Origin: a virus
Lineage: Duplodnaviria > Heunggongvirae > Uroviricota > Caudoviricetes
Virus record (IMG/VR): IMGVR_UViG_2703718827_000007
Reading direction: 5' to 3' (one strand)
Length of the DNA stretch: 22,232 bases
Shown: positions 7,712 to 16,700 of the stretch, piece by piece
How positions within the stretch are numbered: position 1 is the first letter of the stretch
Layout: each line of letters starts with the position of its first letter
Notes under the pieces: model-generated
What the model was told of the DNA's origin: nothing
Databases searched by the model: none
Seen by the model: only the letters and a program-made list of their open reading frames with translations
Program-made: the position numbers and the translations under genes

Positions 7712-10468
7712 TCATTCTTCAGATGAGTTGTAATCTCCTGGCTGGTAATTGAGTACATAAACGTTTATTTGTCGTCCCTGAATACGTGGTGATTTTCTTT
7801 GGTATCCACGACCGCTGTTTGGTGGGGTTAGCATCCCGGCTTTTTTCAACACTTCAGCAAACTGTTTTGCGTTGAAACCACATGCGATCTCCTTTTCAAA
7901 TGTGGCCGGGAATGTGTAGAAAATCATTGGGCTTTCGTCATGTTCTCCACGCTGACGGTATCCGGCTAAATCTTTGATGGGCAAATCTGCCGGGCTGTAT
8001 GGAAATGGTGCAAAACGGCTAAGCCCATAGGCATTAAGAAATGCCTCCGTTTGTTCAATAATCTGCTGATGCTCTTTGTTACCTGTGCCGAACTCGCGCA
8101 ACCATGCGTTATAGCTGTGCTGTATCGCATCACGGCATGTCTGAGCATCCCAGCCTGTTACAACCTCGCCTAACAACAATGCGGCCTCCAGAATGGCAAA
8201 TCGCGCGGCTACACGGTGAACCTGCTCACCATAATCGGATGGGATCAGGCTTCTCCATCTGCTTTCGCAGTCACGAACAGTTTTAATAGCCTGTTGCTGG
8301 TGGTCTGCCAGCCATTTAATCCACTCACGCCCGGACGCGCCGTGGTGATGCTGGTAAGCGTCTTTCAGTGCGTCTGCGTGCTGTTTTCCGTTCTGGTAAT
8401 CGTGAAAGCGTACTGCTTTACTCAACGGAATATTCAGCAGTCGCACCAGTTGCCCGGCTTTGGTTTTTCGCCCGGAAGTAGCGATAAATGTTTCTAAATC
8501 CATTTCTCCGGTGCTGATTGCCACTGTACGCCAGCGTTTTAGATCCCGGTTTCCACCATCTTTAGCGCCTTGCAGTTTCCCTACACCGTTAAATAACGCA
8601 TAGGCAGACTGTGAAACACTGACAGGATCAGCGCCCTGACCAACTTCATCAAGCGGCATTAGTCCGTCATTGTGGGCGGCGGCTTCATTTGCCAGCCCCA
8701 GCGCGGTTCCGTACCACGTCAGCCGCAGTAAATCAGGGTTGCCGTATAAGCTGCTCGCCACGTTTGCCGTGGTGGTCTTACCTGCGCTCGACTGCTCATA
8801 GAAATGAATGCCGAACCCGTCAGCGCCCACCAGCCCAATCAATGGCGCTGCCAGTGCTGCGCCGATCCCGGTCATCATTGAATAGTTACCAAAGGCCAGA
8901 CGCGCCACGTTATCACGCCAGCTTTTCGCGCTCCCTGAGACGGTATATCCGGCTGCGGCTGAGCTTCTCCCGCTGAACAGCACAGGATTTTCAGGTGTTC
9001 CGATGATTTCCCCATCAGGCATGATGTACGCTCCGCATTGCCAGCCAGTGGCATGAGCAACACGCCACAATTCACGAGAGCCACTGCGTTGTAGCCAGTC
9101 TGCCAGTATTGCTCTGAGGCTGCTTTTGGTCGTGACATTTACCCCACCAGCTTTAAGTGTGCGCCATCCTTCACGTTCACCAATATCAGCCAGTGGAATG
9201 GCAGCGGTTGTCGGCGTTTCAGAACCAAACGACAGCCAGCGAAGAATGAGATACTGGTCTTTATCGTCTCTGCCAGTACCGATAACGCTTAACGGAGAAC
9301 ATAACCAGCTTTCGTTATTGATGATTTCTCCACTCTGGCTGTCAGCTCTCGGAGATACCCAATAAATACCATCCTCGCGGCTTTCTATTCTTGGTTTCAG
9401 TGGGTCGGTATCCATAACCTTAAAATCGCTTCCCTCAATGGTCTGTGGCTCCTGTTTCACGCCATTACCCTGTGGTTGGTACATTGACTTATTGAACGCT
9501 TCTGTGGCGCATTTAATGCCGTGTTTTTGGTGGTAATCATTCCAGTCTGCTTTGTGATCTGTCGGGGGTAATGCCACCCATCCAGAAACAGATAAAGCTG
9601 CCTTTTCTGCTGCTATTCTCCCCGTGTTTTGTCTTCCTTCGCTGTGGTCGTTATCCGCAGCAATGATGATTTGTGCTGAAGGAAATTTATCCCGCAGTAC
9701 CTGGGCGACATATAACAGGTTCCCGGCATCAATCGCCGCCACTGTCAGCGCCTCTGGACGAATTAAATGGGCAGATAATGCCGTTGCCAGCCCTTCTGCG
9801 ATTAAGATGCTCTGTGTTGTTTCTGGTGCGTTTATGGCGTGATATGCCCCCCGCTTTGCTGAACCTGTCAGGAGTCTTTTTTCACCATGTGAGGTAATAG
9901 TCTGTGCTGCTGTTACTGCGCCGGATTTATCCACCAGCGCCAGCAACAGAGATCCATCGGGCAACACGGGGAATGTAAAATCACCTACCCCTTTCGCAAC
10001 CAGATAATCAGATTTGCCGTTTACAGCCTTTCTGCGCATGTCATCAAACTGACGGGAAAACGTATCCCGTCTTTGCTGTTCGTCCTTCTCTGCCCTTTTC
10101 AGGCGCTCCTGTTCGCGTCGCTGGCGCTCGGTTTCCAGTTGTTCCCGTTTCTGGCTGGTGGCTTCTGGTGTTTCCGTTGTCCGGTAATCAATACCCAGAA
10201 CATCAGCGGCAAGAAGCGCCGCCTCTGTTGTGTCGCAGTTATTTACGCGTTTAATTAAATCCAGCCCATCACCAGCGCCGCACTGATTACAGATGAAGCT
10301 ACCGCGCCCGTTGTCATCGAACCGGAATCGATCTTTGCCCCCACATGCAGGGCAGGGAGCATGACGGCGCGGAGAGTCAGGGACATTTATGTTCAGGCAG
10401 CCCAGCACATGAGGCCAGTTGTTTTCAGACGCACTGATAACCTGACGGATAAGATCAATGTTTCGCAT
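7712..10468 (-). CDS. P4 alpha-like DNA primase-helicase (zinc ribbon + TOPRIM primase + P-loop helicase + C-terminal DNA-binding region), 918 aa
   Basis: N-terminal zinc ribbon CPACGG...FICNQCG; TOPRIM-like motifs (EGLATALS, IIIAADNDHSEG); Walker A-like SSAGKTT. ATG at 10468 preceded by a GGGGG stretch. Confidence 0.9.
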   Translation of the reverse strand: MRNIDLIRQVISASENNWPHVLGCLNINVPDSPRRHAPCPACGGKDRFRFDDNGRGSFICNQCGAGDGLDLIKRVNNCDTTEAALLAADVLGIDYRTTETPEATSQKREQLETERQRREQERLKRAEKDEQQRRDTFSRQFDDMRRKAVNGKSDYLVAKGVGDFTFPVLPDGSLLLALVDKSGAVTAAQTITSHGEKRLLTGSAKRGAYHAINAPETTQSILIAEGLATALSAHLIRPEALTVAAIDAGNLLYVAQVLRDKFPSAQIIIAADNDHSEGRQNTGRIAAEKAALSVSGWVALPPTDHKADWNDYHQKHGIKCATEAFNKSMYQPQGNGVKQEPQTIEGSDFKVMDTDPLKPRIESREDGIYWVSPRADSQSGEIINNESWLCSPLSVIGTGRDDKDQYLILRWLSFGSETPTTAAIPLADIGEREGWRTLKAGGVNVTTKSSLRAILADWLQRSGSRELWRVAHATGWQCGAYIMPDGEIIGTPENPVLFSGRSSAAAGYTVSGSAKSWRDNVARLAFGNYSMMTGIGAALAAPLIGLVGADGFGIHFYEQSSAGKTTTANVASSLYGNPDLLRLTWYGTALGLANEAAAHNDGLMPLDEVGQGADPVSVSQSAYALFNGVGKLQGAKDGGNRDLKRWRTVAISTGEMDLETFIATSGRKTKAGQLVRLLNIPLSKAVRFHDYQNGKQHADALKDAYQHHHGASGREWIKWLADHQQQAIKTVRDCESRWRSLIPSDYGEQVHRVAARFAILEAALLLGEVVTGWDAQTCRDAIQHSYNAWLREFGTGNKEHQQIIEQTEAFLNAYGLSRFAPFPYSPADLPIKDLAGYRQRGEHDESPMIFYTFPATFEKEIACGFNAKQFAEVLKKAGMLTPPNSGRGYQRKSPRIQGRQINVYVLNYQPGDYNSSEE

Positions 10469-10480
10469 TCTGGCCCCCGT

Positions 10481-11083
10481 TTAGTGCGTCACTGGTGCTT
10501 CTGGGATGCCGTTTTCGTTTAGTTCGGCAATAAAGCTGTTGTGAAGATCGGCAAGCACTTCTCGCCCAAACGAAGTGAGTGTTCCCTGTTCGACATCGAA
10601 CATGTTGCTGTAAAAAATGATGGCATTCTTTGTTCCGACATCAACACCATATTTCTCGATCATTGCGCCCTCAATGTTGTTTGCCATAGCGAGGCGCTCT
10701 GCTACTGGATACAGCGGCATGGCGACGATGCCATTGGAATAAACAGAAACCACGGAATGATTGCCACTGTCATCAATAATGCTGACGGTGCCGTTTTCCT
10801 TTCTCATTTCATTGATGAATGCTGTTGCTATCAGCCAGCGCCACATAATCACGTGATGCTGTGATGTGTAATCGAAATATCCCTGGTTGCCGCCACTGGC
10901 AATAGCGAGATGTATAAACATGCCTTCATCTGGTTTATCGTCATAATCCCCGGCATCCAGACGATTTACGGCATCAATATATGAGACGGTCTCAACGCGT
11001 TCTGTCATGCCATCGTTGCTGCGGTGCATGATGTTTACGCCGTCAGGCGTTGCTTCTGCATGGAAGGTTAAGAAATTATTCAT
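10481..11083 (-). CDS. Hypothetical protein, 200 aa
   Basis: ATG at 11083 overlaps the stop of the upstream ORF (ATGAATAA). Located immediately upstream of the primase-helicase in the same operon. Confidence 0.6.
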   Translation of the reverse strand: MNNFLTFHAEATPDGVNIMHRSNDGMTERVETVSYIDAVNRLDAGDYDDKPDEGMFIHLAIASGGNQGYFDYTSQHHVIMWRWLIATAFINEMRKENGTVSIIDDSGNHSVVSVYSNGIVAMPLYPVAERLAMANNIEGAMIEKYGVDVGTKNAIIFYSNMFDVEQGTLTSFGREVLADLHNSFIAELNENGIPEAPVTH

Positions 11084-11297
11084 GTTTCGCCTCGCCTGAA
11101 TGATTCTGTAACTCATATTTGCCCAACAATTCGTCTGCTTCCTGAATAGCTTCTGGTACGCCATTGAGCAGTGACATAACCGCGCCAATCATTAACTTGT
11201 CTCTGTTGCTGGGGCTGGCCCCTTCAAGCCAGAACCCTAAAACAGTCTGAACCTGTTCGATGCGACATTGCGCTTCAATGAGCTGGATGTTGGTCAT
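11076..11297 (-). CDS. Hypothetical small protein, 73 aa
   Basis: ATG at 11297 overlaps the upstream stop (ATGA), indicating translational coupling. Confidence 0.55.
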   Translation of the reverse strand: MTNIQLIEAQCRIEQVQTVLGFWLEGASPSNRDKLMIGAVMSLLNGVPEAIQEADELLGKYELQNHSGEAKHE

Positions 11298-11557
11298 TTC
11301 GCACTCTCCACATCGATTAAACTGATATCTATCAGGGAGGTAACTTTTTGTAGCCAGCTATTGATTACTGTCGCCTGTTCCCCTCCCACCGAGGGAATAA
11401 TCTCATTCATCACATGAACCAGACCTGTGCGCGCTCTGGTAAGCCGTTCAGTCGCGCAATCTGCGGGAGTGAATGTGTCTGGATATGGCTCTTCGCGCCC
11501 CAGCAATGATTCAATTTCCAGCTCACACGGATGACGATAAATTAAGTTGATATTCAT
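11294..11557 (-). CDS. Hypothetical small protein, 87 aa
   Basis: ATG at 11557 overlaps the upstream stop (ATGA). Confidence 0.55.
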   Translation of the reverse strand: MNINLIYRHPCELEIESLLGREEPYPDTFTPADCATERLTRARTGLVHVMNEIIPSVGGEQATVINSWLQKVTSLIDISLIDVESAK

Positions 11558-11748
11558 TTTTCACCCCCAAGAATTACCAGCTCGGCACGGGCATCGTTAA
11601 CCAAAGATGAGCACGCTTTAATCGCATCCACGACATCAGCAGCGTCCATTTCTTCAGCCGAAAGACTGACAGCAACCAGGACAGCCGCTGCTTGCTCGAT
11701 TAATTGAAGTGCGGACGTAAGGCGAGGGGTATTAATTGAGTTATTCAT
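11554..11748 (-). CDS. Hypothetical small protein, 64 aa (ORF track lists the longer 11554-11805 version)
   Basis: ATG at 11748 ([10 protein letters not shown]...) overlaps the stop of the upstream frame (ATGAATAA) and follows a G-rich stretch. Confidence 0.5.
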   Translation of the reverse strand: MNNSINTPRLTSALQLIEQAAAVLVAVSLSAEEMDAADVVDAIKACSSLVNDARAELVILGGEK

Positions 11749-12808
11749 TGGTTGCCCCCGTTTTGCATGGCATTTGTCCACCTTCCAGCAGGAAATGAAC
11801 GTCACGAACGGCGAGATCCAATATCGCGAGTAACGCCTTCAGTTTTTCGTCTCGTGAGGGAGAGTTGCTCACCAGAATGTCATTAATCACTTCTGTCAGT
11901 GTGATGATCTGGCTTGTGCGTTCGAGGGGATCCATATGCACATCGTAGGTTTTAATCATGTGCCACCTCCATGCGGATACGACCAGCAAAAAAGCAGACG
12001 TGATCGCGCACCAGAGAACGGCGAGCATCGCGTTCAGACTCGGCAGCAATATGATGAATTTTGGCGGTAATTGTCGGGCAATCGCGGCGAACTGCGGCGA
12101 TAATCCAGATAAATTGCGGTTTTTGGGTAGGGGTAGTAGCCAGCATGTGGCAGCCTCCATTCGATAGCATGTAACGCTACCACCGGAAACGCCAATTTCG
12201 CTGGTGGTAGCCCAGACAGGGTTGGCGTAACCGGCTCGAATGGATACCGGCGCTTCCGAAGAAGCCCCTGCCTGAGCCACCATTGATTGACAAAGGCGCT
12301 GGATTATACACCAACGCCCAAAAAATGGGTGAGTCAGACCTACGACATAAAAAAAGACGCTCGGCGCGTCATATGTCGCCATTCGATTTACCAGGACGCC
12401 AATCCCGGCACCCGTTTTATGAGGTGCCTTATAACCATAAACCGTGTTGCCGCATAACGGCAAGCTCTTTTTTATGGACTCCGAAAACTCACTATTGGAA
12501 GAACCAGAAGCACAGTACATCGCGCTCATTTCGTTAACGTCACGCGCGTGGACGAAGGTTTTTGTGGAGTCACTACGCGAGCAGAGAAAGCCATCTACGA
12601 CCAGAAATTCTCTGGCGCAGCCGCTGACCTTCTCAACGCTAACACCATCGACCGTAATTTCTGACATAGTTAAGGCATCCGCTCCTACCACCAGCAAATG
12701 ATAAACTTTGCTTGTATCTGCTGTATTAATGCCTGACTTTGCTGTCATATTGCTGGATTTTGGCGACATACCAGCCAGTGAAAATGTCTTCTTCTGGGCG
12801 GTTAGCAT
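11741..12808 (-). CDS. Hypothetical protein; 355-codon open frame with ambiguous internal organisation
   Basis: ATG at 12808 overlaps the stop of the 60-aa gene (ATGCTAA). The N-terminal two-thirds looks protein-like; the middle (about 11960-12170) is Leu/Pro-rich and looks out of frame. A strong internal start (GGAGGTGGCAC-ATG at 11958) would give a 72-aa product, and an alternative-frame ORF at 11952-12170 has its own GGAGG-ATG. Possibly a frameshifted gene or two to three genes. Confidence 0.4.
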   Translation of the reverse strand: MLTAQKKTFSLAGMSPKSSNMTAKSGINTADTSKVYHLLVVGADALTMSEITVDGVSVEKVSGCAREFLVVDGFLCSRSDSTKTFVHARDVNEMSAMYCASGSSNSEFSESIKKSLPLCGNTVYGYKAPHKTGAGIGVLVNRMATYDAPSVFFYVVGLTHPFFGRWCIIQRLCQSMVAQAGASSEAPVSIRAGYANPVWATTSEIGVSGGSVTCYRMEAATCWLLPLPKNRNLSGLSPQFAAIARQLPPKFIILLPSLNAMLAVLWCAITSAFLLVVSAWRWHMIKTYDVHMDPLERTSQIITLTEVINDILVSNSPSRDEKLKALLAILDLAVRDVHFLLEGGQMPCKTGATNE

Positions 12809-12984
12809 TTGTTAACCTCCGCGAACTCCTTCATGAAACGTGCCAGCGGTTGTACGCATGGCGATTGATACCCGTCGCGATAAAACGTCACTCGGTTGTG
12901 AGACACGCTTTCGACAGTAACGAGTGCTCCGTGGGCATCTTTGTAGCGTTTTTGAGGTTGTGGTGTTCCTGTCGGCTTAAACAT
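12802..12984 (-). CDS. Hypothetical small protein, 60 aa
   Basis: ATG at 12984 preceded by GGAGG, 3 nt after the stop of the 277-aa gene. The ORF track extends it to 13071, overlapping the upstream gene. Confidence 0.45.
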   Translation of the reverse strand: MFKPTGTPQPQKRYKDAHGALVTVESVSHNRVTFYRDGYQSPCVQPLARFMKEFAEVNKC

Positions 12985-13810
12985 GGACCGCCTCCAGACG
13001 CTTAGCGAGCCAGCGTTGCGACAGGCGGGTGAGTTCTCCTTTGCGCTGCTCATATTCCATGCCCATATCAATTAACGTGATATTGGTGCTTTCGAGATAT
13101 GAGAGGTGCTCAAGCTGTTCTGCGTTCATATGGTCGCGAGGTTCGCCAGAATAGCCATTTATCCGCGCCCACTGCTTAGCAGTTAGCCCACCAAGAACGA
13201 TACGAGAAATCATATTGCTCTCGTTTGTGTAGTGGTGTTGCTGCGTCGTTTTCCCCATCTCGGCACGGGCCATATTCAGCGCATCGCACATTGGCTTAAA
13301 GTTGTTTGCGGCACTGATACGGGCTTTTAGCTGGCGACGATAGCGGGCGGCGATTTCAGGCACGCTACGCTGTAATTCTTCCTCGCACTGGATGAAATAA
13401 CGGCGGATAGCGCGCCCCTGATCATTGCGTTCGATCATTGCCAGTTCTTTCGCCATTCCGACACTTAACAGATAGTCTTTGCCGGGTCTTCCAGACTGCT
13501 TAATCTTGCTGTAAGCCGCGCCATTCGGGATTTTCCCCAAATTTGGGGAAATAGTTTTATGGACTGAGTAATCGTGCCCAATGGTGAAGTCATATTCAGA
13601 GATGCGATCAGTGATCCATGTAGAGAAGTCTTTTCCCACGCCCAACGCTTTGTGTAACGCTTTTGCGCTAACAATATTGGTTTCACGCCCACCGATATGA
13701 CCAGGAATAACCGGGACAATTGCGGCAAATTCATTACCGTTAATTGTGCCCAGAGAGGCGTTCAGATGAGGGGCAGCCTCAGAAATTAATCTGCTTTTTT
13801 CGATGTTCAT
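12977..13810 (-). CDS. Prophage protein, 277 aa, possibly antirepressor/KilA-C-like
   Basis: ATG at 13810 preceded by GGAG. Segments (NIVSAKALHKALGVGKDFSTWITDRI, GRPGKDYLLSVGMAKELAM, RRYFIQCEEEL) are reminiscent of phage antirepressor-type domains; recollection only. Confidence 0.6.
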   Translation of the reverse strand: MNIEKSRLISEAAPHLNASLGTINGNEFAAIVPVIPGHIGGRETNIVSAKALHKALGVGKDFSTWITDRISEYDFTIGHDYSVHKTISPNLGKIPNGAAYSKIKQSGRPGKDYLLSVGMAKELAMIERNDQGRAIRRYFIQCEEELQRSVPEIAARYRRQLKARISAANNFKPMCDALNMARAEMGKTTQQHHYTNESNMISRIVLGGLTAKQWARINGYSGEPRDHMNAEQLEHLSYLESTNITLIDMGMEYEQRKGELTRLSQRWLAKRLEAVHV

Positions 13811-13822
13811 TTTCAGTCTCCG

Positions 13823-14254
13823 TTAGGCGGCGTTAAACGCGTCCGGGTAGAGTTTCAGAATGTCGGCAATTTCCTGCTGAGAAAGTCCGTTGTGATCATT
13901 TATGTTCGCAAGATGGTTAATATGAGTGATCACTTTCAGAACATCACCACGGCAGGAGAAACGGTAGCGAAGGTGTGTTCCGATACCATCAGGATTCTTT
14001 TCGTCGATACGCTCCAGAGTGATTCCGAGCTGGCGTTCTAACTCTGTTGCATAGTTACGACCAGAAGACAGACGGCAGTAGCGAAGAATGTCATTTTCTG
14101 TCCATCCCTCTATACCAGTACGCAGCATATAGACTCGGGCACGATGCTTTTTCGGCGTGCGCTTTGGTGCTTGAAGGGATTTTGTCAGGGGCGTAACATC
14201 AGATACGCGAATATCTGAATTAGCCGCCTGTAATGGGCGGTTTTTCTTTTCCAT
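13823..14254 (-). CDS. Hypothetical prophage protein, 143 aa
   Basis: ATG at 14254 shares its A with the alpA stop (TGATG). No family recognised. Confidence 0.6.
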   Translation of the reverse strand: MEKKNRPLQAANSDIRVSDVTPLTKSLQAPKRTPKKHRARVYMLRTGIEGWTENDILRYCRLSSGRNYATELERQLGITLERIDEKNPDGIGTHLRYRFSCRGDVLKVITHINHLANINDHNGLSQQEIADILKLYPDAFNAA

Positions 14255-14457
14255 CAGGCCACCTCGTCTCTAGATTCTAATATACACTTCTCAATCCATT
14301 CATCTATTTCAGACTCAACAAAAGCAATTGCCCGACTTCCAATTTTTACCTGTTTAGGGAACCTCCCCTGACTAATAAGACGATAAATCCATGCTTTGCT
14401 ATAACCAGTTCGCCTTTGAACTTCAGAGAGACGAATTAATGAATTGTAATTAGCCAT
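14254..14457 (-). CDS. alpA: AlpA-family phage transcriptional regulator (excisionase-like winged HTH), 67 aa
   Basis: MANYNSLIRLSEVQRRTGYSKAWIYRLISQGRFPKQVKIGSRAIAFVESEIDEWIE is a classic AlpA/Xis-type HTH. First gene of the operon downstream of int. Confidence 0.8.
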   Translation of the reverse strand: MANYNSLIRLSEVQRRTGYSKAWIYRLISQGRFPKQVKIGSRAIAFVESEIDEWIEKCILESRDEVA

Positions 14458-14543
14458 TTATTAATATCCTGTACTAATGACGCAATAACCCCCTCCTGCA
14501 ACGAATGGCGAGAGTTTTATTTGCGTCAAATGTCGAATACGCC

Positions 14544-14578
14544 AAAGACCACAATATGAAAAACATATTGCGGTCTTT
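14544..14578. promoter_or_regulatory. 15-bp inverted repeat (operator or RNA hairpin) in the int-alpA intergenic region
   Basis: AAAGACCACAATATG-aaaaa-CATATTGCGGTCTTT, 14/15 complementary, about 90 nt upstream of the alpA start. Not followed by a T-run on the minus strand, so more likely an operator than a terminator. Confidence 0.3.
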
Positions 14579-14884
14579 TATAAAAGATAGTCAGATTGTT
14601 TTGGTTTGTTTGCTCCACAAGGGTAGAGCTACCCTGCATTTCGGCAGGATCACGCTATTAGGCGTGACATCCAGTAGTTTTAAAGAACAATTGCGCTTTG
14701 TCAGCGCCAAAGCCTGTTAAAGAACATTCCGCTTTTCAGCAGCGTAGAAGGCTCAATACACCTTCGTTTATAAAAGAGCGATTGCCCTTCTCCAGGGCTA
14801 ACTGTTAAATAGCAATCCTCTGTGAGTTTTTATCAATCTACTCCCCTATACTTTAGTAAACCTCTGTATACTTGTCCAGTTGTT

Positions 14885-16099
14885 TCATGCGTGTTTTTCA
14901 AACACCATATGCACCACATTTCCGCCATGCTCGAGAGAATCCATATAGTCGGCATACCATTGAAGCATCTCCCGCCGTCCATCCAGATATTGCGCATGGT
15001 TGTATGTGCCACGAATTGAGTTCTTATCAACGTGAGCGAGCTGCGTTTCTATCCACGCGGTGTTATAGCCCTGCTCATGCAAAATCGTGCTCATAGTGTG
15101 TCGGAACCCATGACCAGTTACACGTCCAGCGTAGCCAATGCGCTTAAACACTTGGTTTATGCTGGCCTCACTCATTGTTTTCCTTGGATCATTGCGCCCG
15201 GGAAACATAAGAGGGTAATTGCCTGTTATTTCTCTAATCTTCCCAATAAGCGAAAGAGCCTGCTCAGACAATGGCACAATATGAGGCCGCCGCATTTTCA
15301 TACGTGAAGCGGGTATCTCCCATATAGCCTTGTTGAAATCAATTTCATCCCATAATGCGCCACGTAGTTCGCCAGTTCGCAAGCCGGTGATAATCAGTAG
15401 GCGAGCCGCCATAACAACCAATGCGCTTCCTGAGTAACTGGATAATGCCTTGAAAAAATCAGGTAATTCTTTGGTCGTAAGGAAAGGGTAATGATTAGAT
15501 TCATGGCCTTGCATCGCGCTAGTAAGGTCTGGTGCAGGGTTATACTCTGCGCGACCAGTGACTATTGCATAGCGGAAAACTTCCCCGCACCGCTGCCTCA
15601 CTTTTTTGGCTTTTTCTGTCGCACCGCGCCCCTCGATGCGCCGCAGCACATTCAGAAGTTCAAGTGGTTTGATTTCGGCGATTGGTTTTTTGCCAATGTA
15701 AGGGAACACATCTTTGTTGAAGGCTTCGAGGATGTCTGAAGCATAACCAGCAGACCATTTTTTTAATTTGCTGCTGTGCCACTCAAGGGCAATATCTTTG
15801 AAGGTGTTGTTTAACTGCGTTTCCCGGGCAATCTTTTCCTCTCGTTTCGCTTCCATCGGATCGATACCACCAGCGATACCTCTTTTCGCATCTTCACGTT
15901 TTGCCCGAGCATCGGCTAGAGTAACCTCAGGATACACACCTAGTGCCAATAGCTTCTCTTTACCAGCTACACGATATTTAAGTCGCCAGTATTTACCTCC
16001 ATTAGGTTTTACCAAGAGATACAAACCGCCACCATCGGCCAGCTTGTAAGCCTTCTCTTTTGGCTTGGCTGTGTCTATTTGACGGGCATTGAGTTTCAC
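14885..16099 (-). CDS. int: P4-type tyrosine integrase (site-specific recombinase), 404 aa
   Basis: N-terminal arm-binding-type region (KLADGGGLYLLVKPNGGKYWRLKYR) and C-terminal catalytic region with the conserved HGFRHT and terminal Tyr context. GTG start at 16099 preceded by GGAGGT. Adjacent to the tRNA-Thr 3' fragment. Confidence 0.9.
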   Translation of the reverse strand: MKLNARQIDTAKPKEKAYKLADGGGLYLLVKPNGGKYWRLKYRVAGKEKLLALGVYPEVTLADARAKREDAKRGIAGGIDPMEAKREEKIARETQLNNTFKDIALEWHSSKLKKWSAGYASDILEAFNKDVFPYIGKKPIAEIKPLELLNVLRRIEGRGATEKAKKVRQRCGEVFRYAIVTGRAEYNPAPDLTSAMQGHESNHYPFLTTKELPDFFKALSSYSGSALVVMAARLLIITGLRTGELRGALWDEIDFNKAIWEIPASRMKMRRPHIVPLSEQALSLIGKIREITGNYPLMFPGRNDPRKTMSEASINQVFKRIGYAGRVTGHGFRHTMSTILHEQGYNTAWIETQLAHVDKNSIRGTYNHAQYLDGRREMLQWYADYMDSLEHGGNVVHMVFEKHA

Positions 16100-16101
16100 T
16101 T

Positions 16102-16247
16102 GGGGGTACCTCCACTAAACCGAACAGCAAATACCCCCATAAGTACCCCCATCTGACCGTAGATTTTGAGGGACTTTAGTAGACGTCAAAAGACGAACGG
16201 GGCTTTAATACGTGGATTATAAGGGGTTTTGAAAGACTTTAGTAGAC
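16102..16247. promoter_or_regulatory. Integrase arm-type repeat region: GGGGGTA (16102-16108), TACCCCCA x2 (16132-16151), GACTTTAGTAGAC x2 (16172-16184, 16235-16247)
   Basis: Direct and inverted short repeats between the int start and the att core. The TACCCCCA pair is duplicated at the distal end (616-635). Confidence 0.35.
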
Positions 16248-16264
16248 TTGGGGAGATGTTTGAA

Positions 16265-16310
16265 TGGTGCCGATAATAGGAGTCGAACCTACGACCTTCG
16301 CATTACGAAT
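16265..16310 (-). pseudogene. 3'-terminal 46 nt of a tRNA-Thr (thrW-like, anticodon CGT), prophage attachment-site remnant
   Basis: The minus strand reads ATTCGTAATGCGAAGGTCGTAGGTTCGACTCCTATTATCGGCACCA: anticodon loop TTCGTAA, T-stem GTAGG/CCTAT, T-loop TTCGACT, acceptor strand plus CCA. No matching 5' acceptor (GCCGATA) or D-arm upstream, so the tRNA is truncated at position 31. Identity to thrW is from memory. Confidence 0.7.
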
Positions 16311-16700
16311 TATAAGAATCCGCTTCTAATTCAAAGCATTACCCCATCAACACTGCGCTCACACGTCCCACCACATCAAAACATGTAAAGCCTTGCAAGC
16401 CATTGTGAGGCCTTATGTGTCTCAGTTTTGTCCCACCTTGTATTACGACTTGCATAGCCAATGAAGATCAACGTGACGACAAACGGCGCAGCAGTCTTCT
16501 TTTCCTTCATACTTTCCCTTCCCCTTCCCCACCATGCATACTTTTCTGCCATAACTAAAGTGAATGCCTGTTATAAGCAATAAACAGGCATTAGCGCCGC
16601 TAGCATATTAGCTACCATTCGACTGCCACACTTAAGATTGATTTCTTAAGTATAACCCGGTTTCTAATACCACTTATATATTCAGCTCTGAGATTCATTT

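Larger units (their letters stand above)
537..16281. mobile_element. P4-family integrative element (satellite-prophage-like, no sid/delta/psu genes seen), about 15.7 kb
   Basis: Bounded by direct repeats ATGGTGCGATAATAGGA (537-553) and ATGGTGCCGATAATAGGA (16264-16281). Paired TACCCCCA motifs lie just inside both ends. Contains a P4-type integrase, AlpA, an alpha-like primase-helicase and iteron clusters. The flanking gene at 1-411 is chromosomal. Confidence 0.6.

Noticed and set aside
8104-10258. Several 60-95-aa plus-strand ORFs inside the primase-helicase gene
   Set aside because: They are embedded antisense in a 2.7 kb CDS with clear primase and helicase motifs; no RBS or recognisable domains.
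11952-12170. Separate 64- to 72-aa gene in an alternative frame inside the 355-codon ORF
   Set aside because: Not listed as its own feature because it cannot be distinguished from a frameshifted continuation of the upstream gene without homologues. It is discussed under the ambiguous-ORF finding.
16265-16340. A complete tRNA gene next to the integrase
   Set aside because: Only the 3' 46 nt (anticodon loop to CCA) are tRNA-like. The expected 5' acceptor strand GCCGATA and D-arm are absent and identity breaks at tRNA position 31, so I call it an att remnant rather than a tRNA gene.
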